Below, piece after piece: positions 10,873 through 19,457 of a stretch of DNA of 47,744 bases. Below the pieces are notes generated by a model, which was not told where the DNA came from, did no database searches, and saw nothing but the letters and a program-made list of their open reading frames with translations. Each line of letters begins with the position of its first letter. The stretch's first letter is position 1. Both the position numbers and the translations under genes were made by a program. Source of the DNA: Comamonadaceae bacterium. Lineage in GTDB: Bacteria > Pseudomonadota > Gammaproteobacteria > Burkholderiales > Burkholderiaceae_C. The stretch is from contig JBBIGT010000001.1 of the NCBI GenBank assembly GCA_037447395.1, forward strand, positions 1 to 47,744, in the 5' to 3' direction.

Positions 10873-12155
10873 CAGGCGGGCGCGTTCAGGCGCGCCAACC
10901 GCTCCGACGCGCCGGGGTGCGAGTAGTAGAACGCCACGTACAGCGGGTCGGGCGTCAGCGTCGACGCGTTGTCCTCGTACAGTTTGAGCAGGGCGTTGGT
11001 CAGGTCGCGTGCGCTGGTCAACTGGGCGGCAAAGGCGTCGGCCTGGAACTCGTGCTGACGCGACAGTTGCGCCCACAGCGGTGTGACGAAGAAGGTGAAC
11101 ACCGGCAGCACCAGCACAAACAGCAGCAACGCCAGCGCGTCGTTGGCGCCCAACGCGTTGGGCAGTACGCCCAGCCCGGTGTAGAACCCGCTTTGCTGCG
11201 CCAGCCAGCCCAACAGCGCAAAGCCCGCCAGGCTCAGGGCAAATAGCGCGACGATGCGTTTGAGCACGTGACGGTGTTTGAAGTGACCCAGCTCATGCGC
11301 CAGCACGGCGTCGACCTCGGCGGCGCTCAGCCGGCTGAGCAAAGTGTCGAAAAAGACCACCCGCTTGGCTGCGCCAAAGCCGGTGAAGTAGGCGTTGGCG
11401 TGGGTGCTGCGCTTGCTGCCGTCCATCACGAACAGCCCCTTGGCGGCAAAGCCGCAGCGCTGCATCAAGGCGGTCACACGGGCTTTCAGCGACGCGTCTT
11501 CAAGCGGTGTGAATTTGTTGAACAGCGGTGCAATCAGCGTCGGGTAGATCACCAACAGCAACAGGTTCAAGCCCATCCACAGTAGCCAGGCCCACAGCCA
11601 CCACAGGCCGCCGGCCGCACCCATCAGCCACAGCAGCAGCGCCGCAATCGGCAGGCCAATGGCCGCGCCCATCAGCGTCGATTTGGCCAGGTCGGCCAGC
11701 CACAACTTGACGGTCATCTTGTTGAAGCCAAAGCGCTGTTCAATGACAAAGGTCTGGTACAGCGCCAGCGGCAGGTCAAGCAGGCCACTGATCAGCGCGA
11801 AGGAGCCGAGCAACGCCACCTGCTGCCACAGGCCGGCGCCCAGCCAGTGCAGCAGCGCCTGGTTGAGCAGCGACAAGCCGCCCAGTAGCGTCCAGCACAC
11901 CAGCAGGGCGCTGGTCAGAATCAATTGCAGCGTCGCCAGGCGGCCTTTGGCCAGCGTGTAGTCGGCGGCCTTCTGGTGTGCGCCCAAGGCAATGGTCTGG
12001 GCAAAGGCTGTGGGCACGGCGCTGCGATGCTGCAGCACGTGGCGCATTTGCCGGGTGTTGAGCCAGAATTTGACGACCAGTGTCAGCAGCAGCGCCAGCG
12101 CAAAAGCCAGCGTCAGCAGCATCGACGGTTCCAACCAGGTGCGGGGTTCAAGCAT
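10872..12155 (-). CDS. M48 (Ste24/CAAX protease-like) zinc metalloprotease
   Basis: NAYFTGFG, HELGH, EFQADAFA, YYSHP; multiple TM segments (start 12155 or 12122). Confidence 0.92.
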   Translation of the reverse strand: MLEPRTWLEPSMLLTLAFALALLLTLVVKFWLNTRQMRHVLQHRSAVPTAFAQTIALGAHQKAADYTLAKGRLATLQLILTSALLVCWTLLGGLSLLNQALLHWLGAGLWQQVALLGSFALISGLLDLPLALYQTFVIEQRFGFNKMTVKLWLADLAKSTLMGAAIGLPIAALLLWLMGAAGGLWWLWAWLLWMGLNLLLLVIYPTLIAPLFNKFTPLEDASLKARVTALMQRCGFAAKGLFVMDGSKRSTHANAYFTGFGAAKRVVFFDTLLSRLSAAEVDAVLAHELGHFKHRHVLKRIVALFALSLAGFALLGWLAQQSGFYTGLGVLPNALGANDALALLLFVLVLPVFTFFVTPLWAQLSRQHEFQADAFAAQLTSARDLTNALLKLYEDNASTLTPDPLYVAFYYSHPGASERLARLNAPA

Positions 12156-12192
12156 GGCGGCGAAGTTTAGGTGATCGGCGACAATTTGCCGC

Positions 12193-12783
12193 ATGCCCAC
12201 CATCGACGCCCCCACACCGCTTGCCCCCACCCTGGGCAAATCTGATCAGAACCTGGTCTGGCTCGACTGCGAGATGACCGGGCTGAACCCCGAGGTCGAC
12301 CGCATCATCGAGATTGCCGTCGTCGTCACCGACGCGCAGCTGCAATACCGCATCGACGGCCCGGTGCTGGCGCTGCACCAGAGCGACACCTTGCTCGACG
12401 GCATGGACAAGTGGAACAAGAGTACGCACGGCAAGAGCGGCCTGATCGACCGGGTACGCGCGTCGACGTTGGGCGAAGACGCCGCACAAGAGCAACTGCT
12501 CGACTTTCTGCGCCTGTACGTACCCAAGGGTGCGGTGCCAATGTGCGGCAACACCATCGGCCAGGACCGGCGTTTTTTGGCCCGTTACATGCCGCGCCTG
12601 GAGGCCTATTTCCATTACCGCAACGTCGACGTCAGCACACTCAAGGAGCTGGCCAAACGCTGGGCGCCGACGGTGCAAAAGAGCTTCAAGAAAAAGCAGC
12701 GGCACACGGCGCTGGCCGACGTGCACGAGTCGATCGACGAGCTGGAACATTACCGCGCGCACTTCATCCGCGTCCCGGGTTAA
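12193..12783 (+). CDS. orn: Oligoribonuclease
   Basis: [49 protein letters not shown]. Confidence 0.97.
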   Translation: MPTIDAPTPLAPTLGKSDQNLVWLDCEMTGLNPEVDRIIEIAVVVTDAQLQYRIDGPVLALHQSDTLLDGMDKWNKSTHGKSGLIDRVRASTLGEDAAQEQLLDFLRLYVPKGAVPMCGNTIGQDRRFLARYMPRLEAYFHYRNVDVSTLKELAKRWAPTVQKSFKKKQRHTALADVHESIDELEHYRAHFIRVPG

Positions 12784-12816
12784 AAAATAAAACTCAGTAG
12801 AAACCCGAATCCCGGG

Positions 12817-12822
12817 TATACT
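12817..12822 (+). promoter_or_regulatory. Putative -10 (TATACT) for the DEAD-box helicase, implying a ~220-nt 5' leader
   Basis: TATACTGCGCGGC, with an A-rich tract upstream. Confidence 0.45.
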
Positions 12823-13046
12823 GCGCGGCTTTGCTGCACACAGCGGCAAATTATTTGCGCATCTCCCAACATTCAACGGGTCCCGGGGCCAGCCGATCAC
12901 GGCTTGCTCCAAAAAATTGACCCCCCAGCGTCCGGTTGTCCGCTTCAGCGGCAAAACCCGGCCTGAGTCCGTTTGCTGGTTGATGTTTTTTAACCAGTAA
13001 CGGAGTCCTCCGCAGACTTTGCGGACCTCCCTTTGCGAGAAAAATC

Positions 13047-15044
13047 ATGACTGACGCTTCCATTGCGACAGACGCTCTGTCGTCTGCTGAAAACCTGTCC
13101 AACGATCTGCACCTCATCGCCGAGCCGGCGTTGTCGCTGGCCGCTGCCGAGCCCGCGGACACCGCCGCCGCGACGGCGCCAGCGCCCAACGGCTTTGTCA
13201 CCCTGGGCCTGGCGCCCGAACTGCTGGCCGCGGTGGCTGACCTGGGCTTTAGCCAGCCGACCGCCGTGCAGCTGAAAACCATTCCGCTGGCCATGCAGCA
13301 ACCGGGCGAGGCGACGGCGTCGGTGCGCTTTACCGACCTGATGGTCTCCAGCCAGACCGGTAGCGGCAAGACCGCCGCCTTCCTGCTGCCGGTGCTGCAC
13401 ACCTTGCTGGCCCAGCAAGCGCAGGCCGAAGCCAAGGCACGCGCCGACCATGAACGCGCCGCCGCCGAGGCCGCCGCGCGTGGCGAGGCGCCGCCCAAGC
13501 GCCCCAAGCGCAAGGACCCGACCAACCCACGCCATTTCATCGCGCCGACGCCCGGCGCGCTGGTGTTGTGCCCGACGCGTGAGCTGGCGCAGCAGGTTGC
13601 CCATGACGCCATCGACCTGGTGCAGCACTGCCGTGGCCTGCGCGTCGCCAACGTTGTCGGTGGCATGCCCTACCAGTTGCAAATTGCCAAGCTGCAAAAC
13701 GCCAATCTGGTGGTGGCCACGCCTGGGCGTTTGCTCGACTTGCAGCGCTCGATGCAGATCAAGCTCGACCAGGTGCAGTTCCTGGTGGTCGATGAGGCCG
13801 ACCGCATGCTCGACCTCGGCTTTGCCGACGATCTGGCGGAAATCAACCAGCTCACCGCCGAGCGGCGCCAGACGATGATGTTCTCGGCCACATTTGCGCC
13901 GCGCATCCAGCAATTGGCCGCCCGCGTCATGCGCGAGCCGCAACGCGTCACCATTGACAGCCCGCAAGAGAAGCACGCCAACATCAAGCAAGTGCTGTTC
14001 TGGGCTGACAACGCGCAGCACAAGCGCAAGCTGCTCGACCATTGGCTGCGCGACAAAACCATCAATCAGGCGATTGTTTTTGCCAGCACGCAGATCGAAT
14101 GCGACGGCCTGGCCAACGACTTGCAGCAAGACGGCTTTGACGCCGTGGCGCTGCACGGCGCCTTGAGCCAGGGTTTGCGCAACCGCCGGCTGATGGCGCT
14201 GCGCCAGGGCCGGGTGCAAATTTTGGTGGCCACCGACGTGGCCGCGCGCGGCATTGACGTGCCGACCATCACCCACGTCTTCAACTTTGGTCTGCCCATG
14301 AAGGCCGAGGACTACACGCACCGCATCGGCCGCACCGGGCGCGCCGGCCGCGACGGTCTGGCCGTCACCTTTGCTGAGCTACGCGACCGTCGCCGCGTTT
14401 TCGACATCGAAGCCTTCACCCGTCAGCCGCTCAAGGCCGAGGTTATTCCCGGGCTGGAGCCGCAAATGCGCGCGCCGGCGGCGCCGCGTGGCGGTTTGGG
14501 TGGTCGCGGTGGGCGCGGCGGTTTTGGCGAACGTGGCGGCTTCAGTGAGCGCGGCGGCTTCAGTGAGCGCGGCGGCTTTGGCGACCGCGGCCACGGCAAC
14601 GACCGTGGCGGTTTTGCCGAGCGCCGACCCGCCGGGCCGCGCATTGTTGGTGACGCTGGCGAGCGCGGTGGCTTTGGCGAACGCGCCGGTGGCTTTGCGC
14701 CGCGTGCACCGCAACGGTCGGCGCCGGCGCGCGACGGTTTCAGCTACGAGCGCAAAGGCGGCTTCAACGACCGTTTCCCGGGTGATCGCCATGCCGCCCC
14801 GCGTGGCGACTTTGCGCCCCGCGCTGAGTTCGCACCACGCGGCGAGTTTGCTTCGCGCGGTGCGTTCGCGGCACGCGGCGACGGTGCGCCGCGTCAGCAA
14901 ACGTTTGGCAAGCCGGGCTTTGACCGCCCCGCGTTTGGCAAGCCGTCCGCTGGCAAGCCGACGTTTGGCAAGCCGGGCGCCAGCGGTAGTAAACCGTTCG
15001 CCGCGCGTGAGCCGCAAAAGCGTTTCGGCAAACGCGACCACTGA
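13047..15044 (+). CDS. DEAD-box ATP-dependent RNA helicase with long RGG-rich C-terminal tail
   Basis: SQTGSGKT, PTRELA, TPGR, DEAD, SAT, ARGID, HRIGRTGRAG. Confidence 0.96.
   Translation: MTDASIATDALSSAENLSNDLHLIAEPALSLAAAEPADTAAATAPAPNGFVTLGLAPELLAAVADLGFSQPTAVQLKTIPLAMQQPGEATASVRFTDLMVSSQTGSGKTAAFLLPVLHTLLAQQAQAEAKARADHERAAAEAAARGEAPPKRPKRKDPTNPRHFIAPTPGALVLCPTRELAQQVAHDAIDLVQHCRGLRVANVVGGMPYQLQIAKLQNANLVVATPGRLLDLQRSMQIKLDQVQFLVVDEADRMLDLGFADDLAEINQLTAERRQTMMFSATFAPRIQQLAARVMREPQRVTIDSPQEKHANIKQVLFWADNAQHKRKLLDHWLRDKTINQAIVFASTQIECDGLANDLQQDGFDAVALHGALSQGLRNRRLMALRQGRVQILVATDVAARGIDVPTITHVFNFGLPMKAEDYTHRIGRTGRAGRDGLAVTFAELRDRRRVFDIEAFTRQPLKAEVIPGLEPQMRAPAAPRGGLGGRGGRGGFGERGGFSERGGFSERGGFGDRGHGNDRGGFAERRPAGPRIVGDAGERGGFGERAGGFAPRAPQRSAPARDGFSYERKGGFNDRFPGDRHAAPRGDFAPRAEFAPRGEFASRGAFAARGDGAPRQQTFGKPGFDRPAFGKPSAGKPTFGKPGASGSKPFAAREPQKRFGKRDH
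14514..14591 (+). repeat. 18-bp coding tandem repeat (RGGF[G/S]E units)
   Basis: GGCGGCTTCAGTGAGCGC twice exactly, with degenerate flanking copies. Confidence 0.8.
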
Positions 15045-15056
15045 GTCGCCACAAAC

Positions 15057-15096
15057 AAAAAAAGCCCGTCGGTGTACTGCCGGCGGGCTTTTTTTT
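15057..15096 (+). terminator. Intrinsic (potentially bidirectional) terminator after the helicase
   Basis: A7-GCCCGTCGG...CCGGCGGGC-T8. Confidence 0.85.
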
Positions 15097-15131
15097 GGGC
15101 TGTTGATGGGTGTTGGTGACGCGGCCCGGCT

Positions 15132-15147
15132 TGTCTCAATTTGAGAA
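15132..15147. promoter_or_regulatory. Palindromic putative activator site upstream of the AOR operon
   Basis: TGTCTCA-ATT-TGAGAA (TCTCA-N3-TGAGA inverted repeat), ~150 nt upstream of the first ATG. Confidence 0.5.
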
Positions 15148-15171
15148 TTTCGCCGTGCACAAGGCACTGCG

Positions 15172-15186
15172 TCAGGGTTTGTCCTA
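15172..15186. promoter_or_regulatory. TCAGGGTTTRYCCTA motif, copy 1
   Basis: TCAGGGTTTGTCCTA; 13/15 identical to 35921-35935. Confidence 0.5.
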
Positions 15187-15298
15187 GGTGGTCGTGACGG
15201 CAAAATCAGAACAATGCCTAGGCATCCAGTTTCATAGGAAATCCGTTGCATAAGCACGGTTCGGGCTGGTTCGTTCAAACCCTTCAGGAGATACCCCC

Positions 15299-15775
15299 AT
15301 GCAAAAGGTGTTGCACATCAACGCAGACAAATGCACCGGCTGTCTGCAGTGCGAAATGGCCTGTTCCTTTGAGAACTACGGCACCTTCGCCACCGCCAAA
15401 TCGCGCATCAAGGTTTTCAACTTTCACCATACCGGCAAGAAAGTGCCCTACACCTGCACCCAGTGCGACGAAGCCTGGTGCCTGCACGCCTGCCCCGTTG
15501 AAGCCATCACCGTCGACAAACTCACCGGCGCCAAAGTCGTCAACGAGGCCACCTGTGTCGGCTGTAAGGTCTGCACCATCGCCTGCCCGTTTGGCACCAT
15601 CAACTACATGCAGGAAACCGGCAAGGTGCAAAAGTGCGACCTGTGCGGGGGCGAACCCGCATGCGCCGAAGCCTGCCCGACCGGCGCGATCACCTTTATC
15701 GACGCCAACTGGACGGGGCTGGGCAAGATGCAGCAGTGGGCTGACAAGCTGGGCAACCAGACTGCCACCGCCTGA
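15299..15775 (+). CDS. 4Fe-4S multicluster electron-transfer subunit of aldehyde oxidoreductase (AorA-like)
   Basis: CTGCLQCEMAC, CTQC...CLHACP, CVGCKVCTIACP, KCDLC...CAEACP; AGGAG RBS. Confidence 0.93.
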   Translation: MQKVLHINADKCTGCLQCEMACSFENYGTFATAKSRIKVFNFHHTGKKVPYTCTQCDEAWCLHACPVEAITVDKLTGAKVVNEATCVGCKVCTIACPFGTINYMQETGKVQKCDLCGGEPACAEACPTGAITFIDANWTGLGKMQQWADKLGNQTATA

Positions 15776-15799
15776 CCTCAACACCTAAGGAGAATCACT

Positions 15800-17653
15800 A
15801 TGTCATGGGCTGGAAAAATCCTTCGCGTCAACCTCACTGCGGGCAGCGTCAAATCTGAACCTCTCAACATGGAGTGGGCCAAAGCCTACATCGGTTCACG
15901 TGGCCTGGGTACCAAGTATCTGGTCGAAGAAGTCGATGCCAAGGTTGACCCCTTGGGCGCGGCCAACAAGATCATCTGGGCCACCGGCCCGCTCACCGGC
16001 ACGATGGCCAGCACCGGCGGGCGCTACACCGTCATCACCAAAGGCCCGCTCACAGGGGCCATTGCCTGCTCCAACTCGGGCGGCTACTGGGGCGCCGAGC
16101 TGAAGATGGCTGGCTGGGACATGGTGATTTTTGAGGGCAAGAGCGCCAAACCGGTGTACCTCTACATCAACGACGACGTGGCCGAATTGCGCGACGCCGC
16201 GCACCTGTGGGGCCGAAGCGTCTGGCAGACCGAAGAGCTCATCAAGAAAGGCCTGCAAGACCCGCTGGTGCGTGTGTCATCGATCGGCAAGGCCGGTGAG
16301 AACAAGGTCTTGTTTGCCGCCGTGGTCAACGACCTGCACCGTGCCGCCGGCCGCTCGGGCGTGGGCGCAGTCATGGGCAGCAAAAACCTCAAGGCCATTG
16401 CCGTACGCGGCACCAAGGGCGTGGGCAATGTACGCGACCCCAAAGCCTTCATGGCTGCCACCAAAGCTGCCAAAAAGGTACTGGCAGACAACGGCGTCAC
16501 CGGGACCGGCTTGCCCGCCATGGGTACGCAGGTGCTGATGAGCGTGATCAACGAGGTCGGCGGCCTGCCCACCCGTAACCACCGGGACAACCAGTTTGAA
16601 GGTGCCATGGACATCGGCGCCGAAGCCATGGCCAAGCCGCGCGCCAGCGACGGCAAGAAACACCTGGTGACCAACCAGGCGTGTTTTGGCTGCACCATCG
16701 CTTGCGGGCGCATCAGCAAGATGGACGAGAGCCATTTCACCATCGAGAACAAACCGCAGTACCGCGGTGCCAACGGTGGCCTGGAATACGAGGCCGCCTG
16801 GGCGCTGGGCGCGGCCAACGGCGTCAACGACCTCGAATGCCTGCAGTACGCCAACCTGCTGTGCAACGAGGAAGGCATCGATCCGATCAGCTTTGGTGCC
16901 ACCGTGGGCGCGGTCATGGAGCTCTACGGCATGGGCGTGCTGACCAAAGAGCAGATCGGCATCGAGGCACCGTTTGGCTCGGCGCGCGCGCTGGCCTTTT
17001 TGGCCGAGGAAACGGTCAACGGCCGCGGTTTCGGCGTCGAGATTGGCCAAGGCTCCAAGCGGCTGTGCGCCAAGTACGGCCACCCGGAACTGAGCATGTC
17101 CAGCAAGGGTCAGGAATTTCCGGCCTACGACGGTCGTGCCATCCAGGGCATCGGTCTGGCGTACGCCACCAGCAACCGCGGCGGCTGCCACCTGCGCGGC
17201 TACACCATCGCCTCCGAAGTGCTGGGCATCCCGGTCAAGACCGATCCGGCGGAAAGCCAGGGCAAGCCCGAACTGGTCAAGGCGTTCCAGGACGCGACCG
17301 CCGCGTTTGACTCGTCTGGCCTGTGCATCTTCACCACCTTTGCCTGGGGCTTGCAGGATTTGGCGCCGCAAATGCAGGGTGCCTGCGACGCGCAATACAC
17401 CGTCGAAGAACTAGCCAAGATCGGCGAGCGCATCTGGAACATGGAGCGCGAGTTCAACAACCGCGCCGGCTTCACCAAGATGGATGACAGCCTGCCCGCG
17501 CGTCTGACCACCCCCGCAGGCGCTTGCAAGACTGGCCCCATGAAGGGCAAGTTCAACGAGCTTGCCACCATGCTGCCCAAGTACTATGAGGCGCGTGGCT
17601 GGGACGCCGAGGGCCGCCCCACAGCGGCGACCAAGCAGCGCTTGAGCCTGTAA
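15800..17653 (+). CDS. Tungsten-containing aldehyde:ferredoxin oxidoreductase catalytic subunit (AorB-like)
   Basis: KILRVNLT, GPLTG, SNSGG, GRSGVGAVMGSKNLKAI, CFGCTIAC, EYEAAW, RGGCH, DSSGLC: AOR-family motifs. Confidence 0.95.
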   Translation: MSWAGKILRVNLTAGSVKSEPLNMEWAKAYIGSRGLGTKYLVEEVDAKVDPLGAANKIIWATGPLTGTMASTGGRYTVITKGPLTGAIACSNSGGYWGAELKMAGWDMVIFEGKSAKPVYLYINDDVAELRDAAHLWGRSVWQTEELIKKGLQDPLVRVSSIGKAGENKVLFAAVVNDLHRAAGRSGVGAVMGSKNLKAIAVRGTKGVGNVRDPKAFMAATKAAKKVLADNGVTGTGLPAMGTQVLMSVINEVGGLPTRNHRDNQFEGAMDIGAEAMAKPRASDGKKHLVTNQACFGCTIACGRISKMDESHFTIENKPQYRGANGGLEYEAAWALGAANGVNDLECLQYANLLCNEEGIDPISFGATVGAVMELYGMGVLTKEQIGIEAPFGSARALAFLAEETVNGRGFGVEIGQGSKRLCAKYGHPELSMSSKGQEFPAYDGRAIQGIGLAYATSNRGGCHLRGYTIASEVLGIPVKTDPAESQGKPELVKAFQDATAAFDSSGLCIFTTFAWGLQDLAPQMQGACDAQYTVEELAKIGERIWNMEREFNNRAGFTKMDDSLPARLTTPAGACKTGPMKGKFNELATMLPKYYEARGWDAEGRPTAATKQRLSL

Positions 17654-17677
17654 CGCGCACTGACCCAAACGCCAGAT

Positions 17678-17729
17678 GAAATTGGGGTCAGATCACCGCC
17701 CAAGGGGCGTGTGCTCTGACCCCAATTTC
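17678..17729. repeat. Long inverted repeat (REP-like hairpin) between aorB and aorC
   Basis: GAAATTGGGGTCAGA...TCTGACCCCAATTTC, perfect 15-bp arms extended by CAC/GTG and CGCCC/GGGCG. Confidence 0.85.
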
Positions 17730-17764
17730 GTCGGGCAAGACTAAAAACTCTTTGGAGACTTCCC

Positions 17765-19060
17765 ATGACCCACCACGTCATTCTTGGCGCTGGCCCGGCC
17801 GGTGTCATCGCCGCCGAAACGATTCGCAAACTGGCGCCGCAGGACAGCATCACGCTGATCGGTGACGAACCCGAGCCAGCGTATTCACGCATGGCCATTC
17901 CCTACCTGCTGATGGGCAACATCGGTGAATCGGGCACCTACCTGCGCAAGACCGCCACCCACTTTGACAATTTAAAGATCAAAGTGCTTCGAGACCATGC
18001 AGATGCTGTGCAGACAGCTACAAAACAGATAGTTCTCCAAAGCGGCCAAACGCTGGCATTTGACACGCTGCTGATCGCCACCGGGTCGCACCCGGTCAGC
18101 CCGCCGATACCGGGCATCGCGTCTGCTGGCGTGCACACCTGCTGGACGCTGAAGGACGCGCGCGCCATCATGGCGCTGGCCAAGCCCGGTGCGCGCGTGC
18201 TGCAGCTCGGTGCCGGTTTTATCGGCTGCATCATCATGGAGGCACTGGCCGCGCGCGGCGTGCGCTTGAGTGTGGTGGAGATGGGCGACCGCATGGTGCC
18301 GCGCATGATGGGGCCGACGGCCGGTGGCATGATCCGCGACTGGGTGGCGGCCAAAGGGGTGGAAGTGTTCACCTCAACCCGTGTCGAATCGATTGCGCCG
18401 GGGCAACCGCTCACCGTGACGCTGTCCAATGGCACAACCATGCAGGCCGACCTGGTGATCAGCGCCGCCGGGGTGCGCCCCGCTATTGGCTTCCTGAAAG
18501 ACTCGGGCATCACCTGCTTGCTCGGTGTGCTCACCGACGGCCACCTGCAAACCAACGTGCCGGGCATTTTTGCCGCTGGTGACTGCGCCGAAGCCTTGGA
18601 CAAGGTCTCAGGCAAAACCATGGTCAGCGCCATCCAGCCCAACGCGGCCGAGCAGGCGCGCATCGCCGCGGCCAACATGGTGGCGTTTGCCCGTGGGCGC
18701 GCGGCGCACGCGGAGCTCAAGGGTGTGACACAAATCAACGTGCTCGACACGCTGGGCCTGATTTCCAGCAGCTTTGGCGACTGGCAGGGCGTGCCCGGTG
18801 GTGAGCATGTGGAACTGACCGACAAGGCTGAAGGGCGGCATTTGAGCCTGCAGTTCAAGGACGACGTGCTGGTGGGGTGCAACAGCGTCGGCTGGACCGA
18901 CCATGTGGGCGTGATGCGCGGCCTGGTCGAAGGTCAGGTCAAGCTGGGTCACTGGAAAGACAAGCTCAAACAGGACCCGACGCTGCTGATGGAGGCTTAC
19001 CTCGCCAGCGCGCAGGGGCAAGGCGACTGGTCGGGGGCGGCGGATGCGCGGCGCAGGTAA
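17765..19060 (+). CDS. FAD/NAD(P)-dependent oxidoreductase (AorC-like)
   Basis: ILGAGPAG, ATGS, LGAGFIG, FAAGDC; third gene of the AOR operon. Confidence 0.92.
   Translation: MTHHVILGAGPAGVIAAETIRKLAPQDSITLIGDEPEPAYSRMAIPYLLMGNIGESGTYLRKTATHFDNLKIKVLRDHADAVQTATKQIVLQSGQTLAFDTLLIATGSHPVSPPIPGIASAGVHTCWTLKDARAIMALAKPGARVLQLGAGFIGCIIMEALAARGVRLSVVEMGDRMVPRMMGPTAGGMIRDWVAAKGVEVFTSTRVESIAPGQPLTVTLSNGTTMQADLVISAAGVRPAIGFLKDSGITCLLGVLTDGHLQTNVPGIFAAGDCAEALDKVSGKTMVSAIQPNAAEQARIAAANMVAFARGRAAHAELKGVTQINVLDTLGLISSSFGDWQGVPGGEHVELTDKAEGRHLSLQFKDDVLVGCNSVGWTDHVGVMRGLVEGQVKLGHWKDKLKQDPTLLMEAYLASAQGQGDWSGAADARRR
17971..18034 (+). repeat. Dispersed motif, copy 3 (inside aorC, sense)
   Basis: Core 17991-18034: GAGACC ATGCAGATGCT GTGC AGAC AGCTAC AAAACAG ATAGTT; local AT-rich codon patch. 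Confidence 0.65.
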
Positions 19061-19065
19061 GCTTT

Positions 19066-19125
19066 GCGACAAATCAAGCGACAACCCAAGCGATAAACCA
19101 AGCGATAAACCAAGCGATAAACCAG
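19066..19125 (+). repeat. 12-bp tandem repeat x5 (GCGAYAAMYCAR), intergenic
   Basis: GCGACAAATCAA GCGACAACCCAA GCGATAAACCAA GCGATAAACCAA GCGATAAACCAG. Confidence 0.9.
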
Positions 19126-19138
19126 ACGACGCCAGGCG

Positions 19139-19393
19139 ATGCAGATCACCCTCAAACTGTTTGCCACGCTGACCGACTATCTTCCGGCTGAAGCCGAGTA
19201 CACCAATTTTGTCGAGCTGACTTTGCCCGACGGTGCAACCGTCGCCGACGTCATCACGCAGCAGCGCCTGCCAGAGAAATGGGTGCACCTGGTGCTGGTC
19301 AACGGCCACTACATCGCCGCGCAGGTGCGCGCGACAACGGCGCTGGCGGACGGTGACACGCTGGCCATCTGGCCGCCGATCGCCGGTGGCTAG
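19139..19393 (+). CDS. MoaD/ThiS-family sulfur carrier
   Basis: MQITLKLFATL...LVLVNG...DGDTLAIWPPIAGG with C-terminal GG. Confidence 0.9.
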   Translation: MQITLKLFATLTDYLPAEAEYTNFVELTLPDGATVADVITQQRLPEKWVHLVLVNGHYIAAQVRATTALADGDTLAIWPPIAGG

Positions 19394-19457
19394 TTATATA
19401 AGAAATTGGCCTATAGCCCATATAAATAAAGCGCAAACAGCTATTGAATATGGAGTA
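19394..19457 (+). repeat. Dispersed motif, copy 4 (intergenic, right arm overlaps the ATG at 19450)
   Basis: TATAAGAAAT TGGCCTA TAGCCC ATATAAATAAA GCGC AAAC AGCTAT TGAATAT GGAGTA. Confidence 0.88.

Noticed and set aside
15219-15250. Sigma54 promoter for the AOR operon
   Set aside because: Candidates fail: GG-N10 is followed by CA in one, and GG-N9-GC is mis-spaced in the other.
19066-19125. Possible CRISPR array
   Set aside because: 12-bp units are contiguous with no unique spacers, and there are no cas genes.
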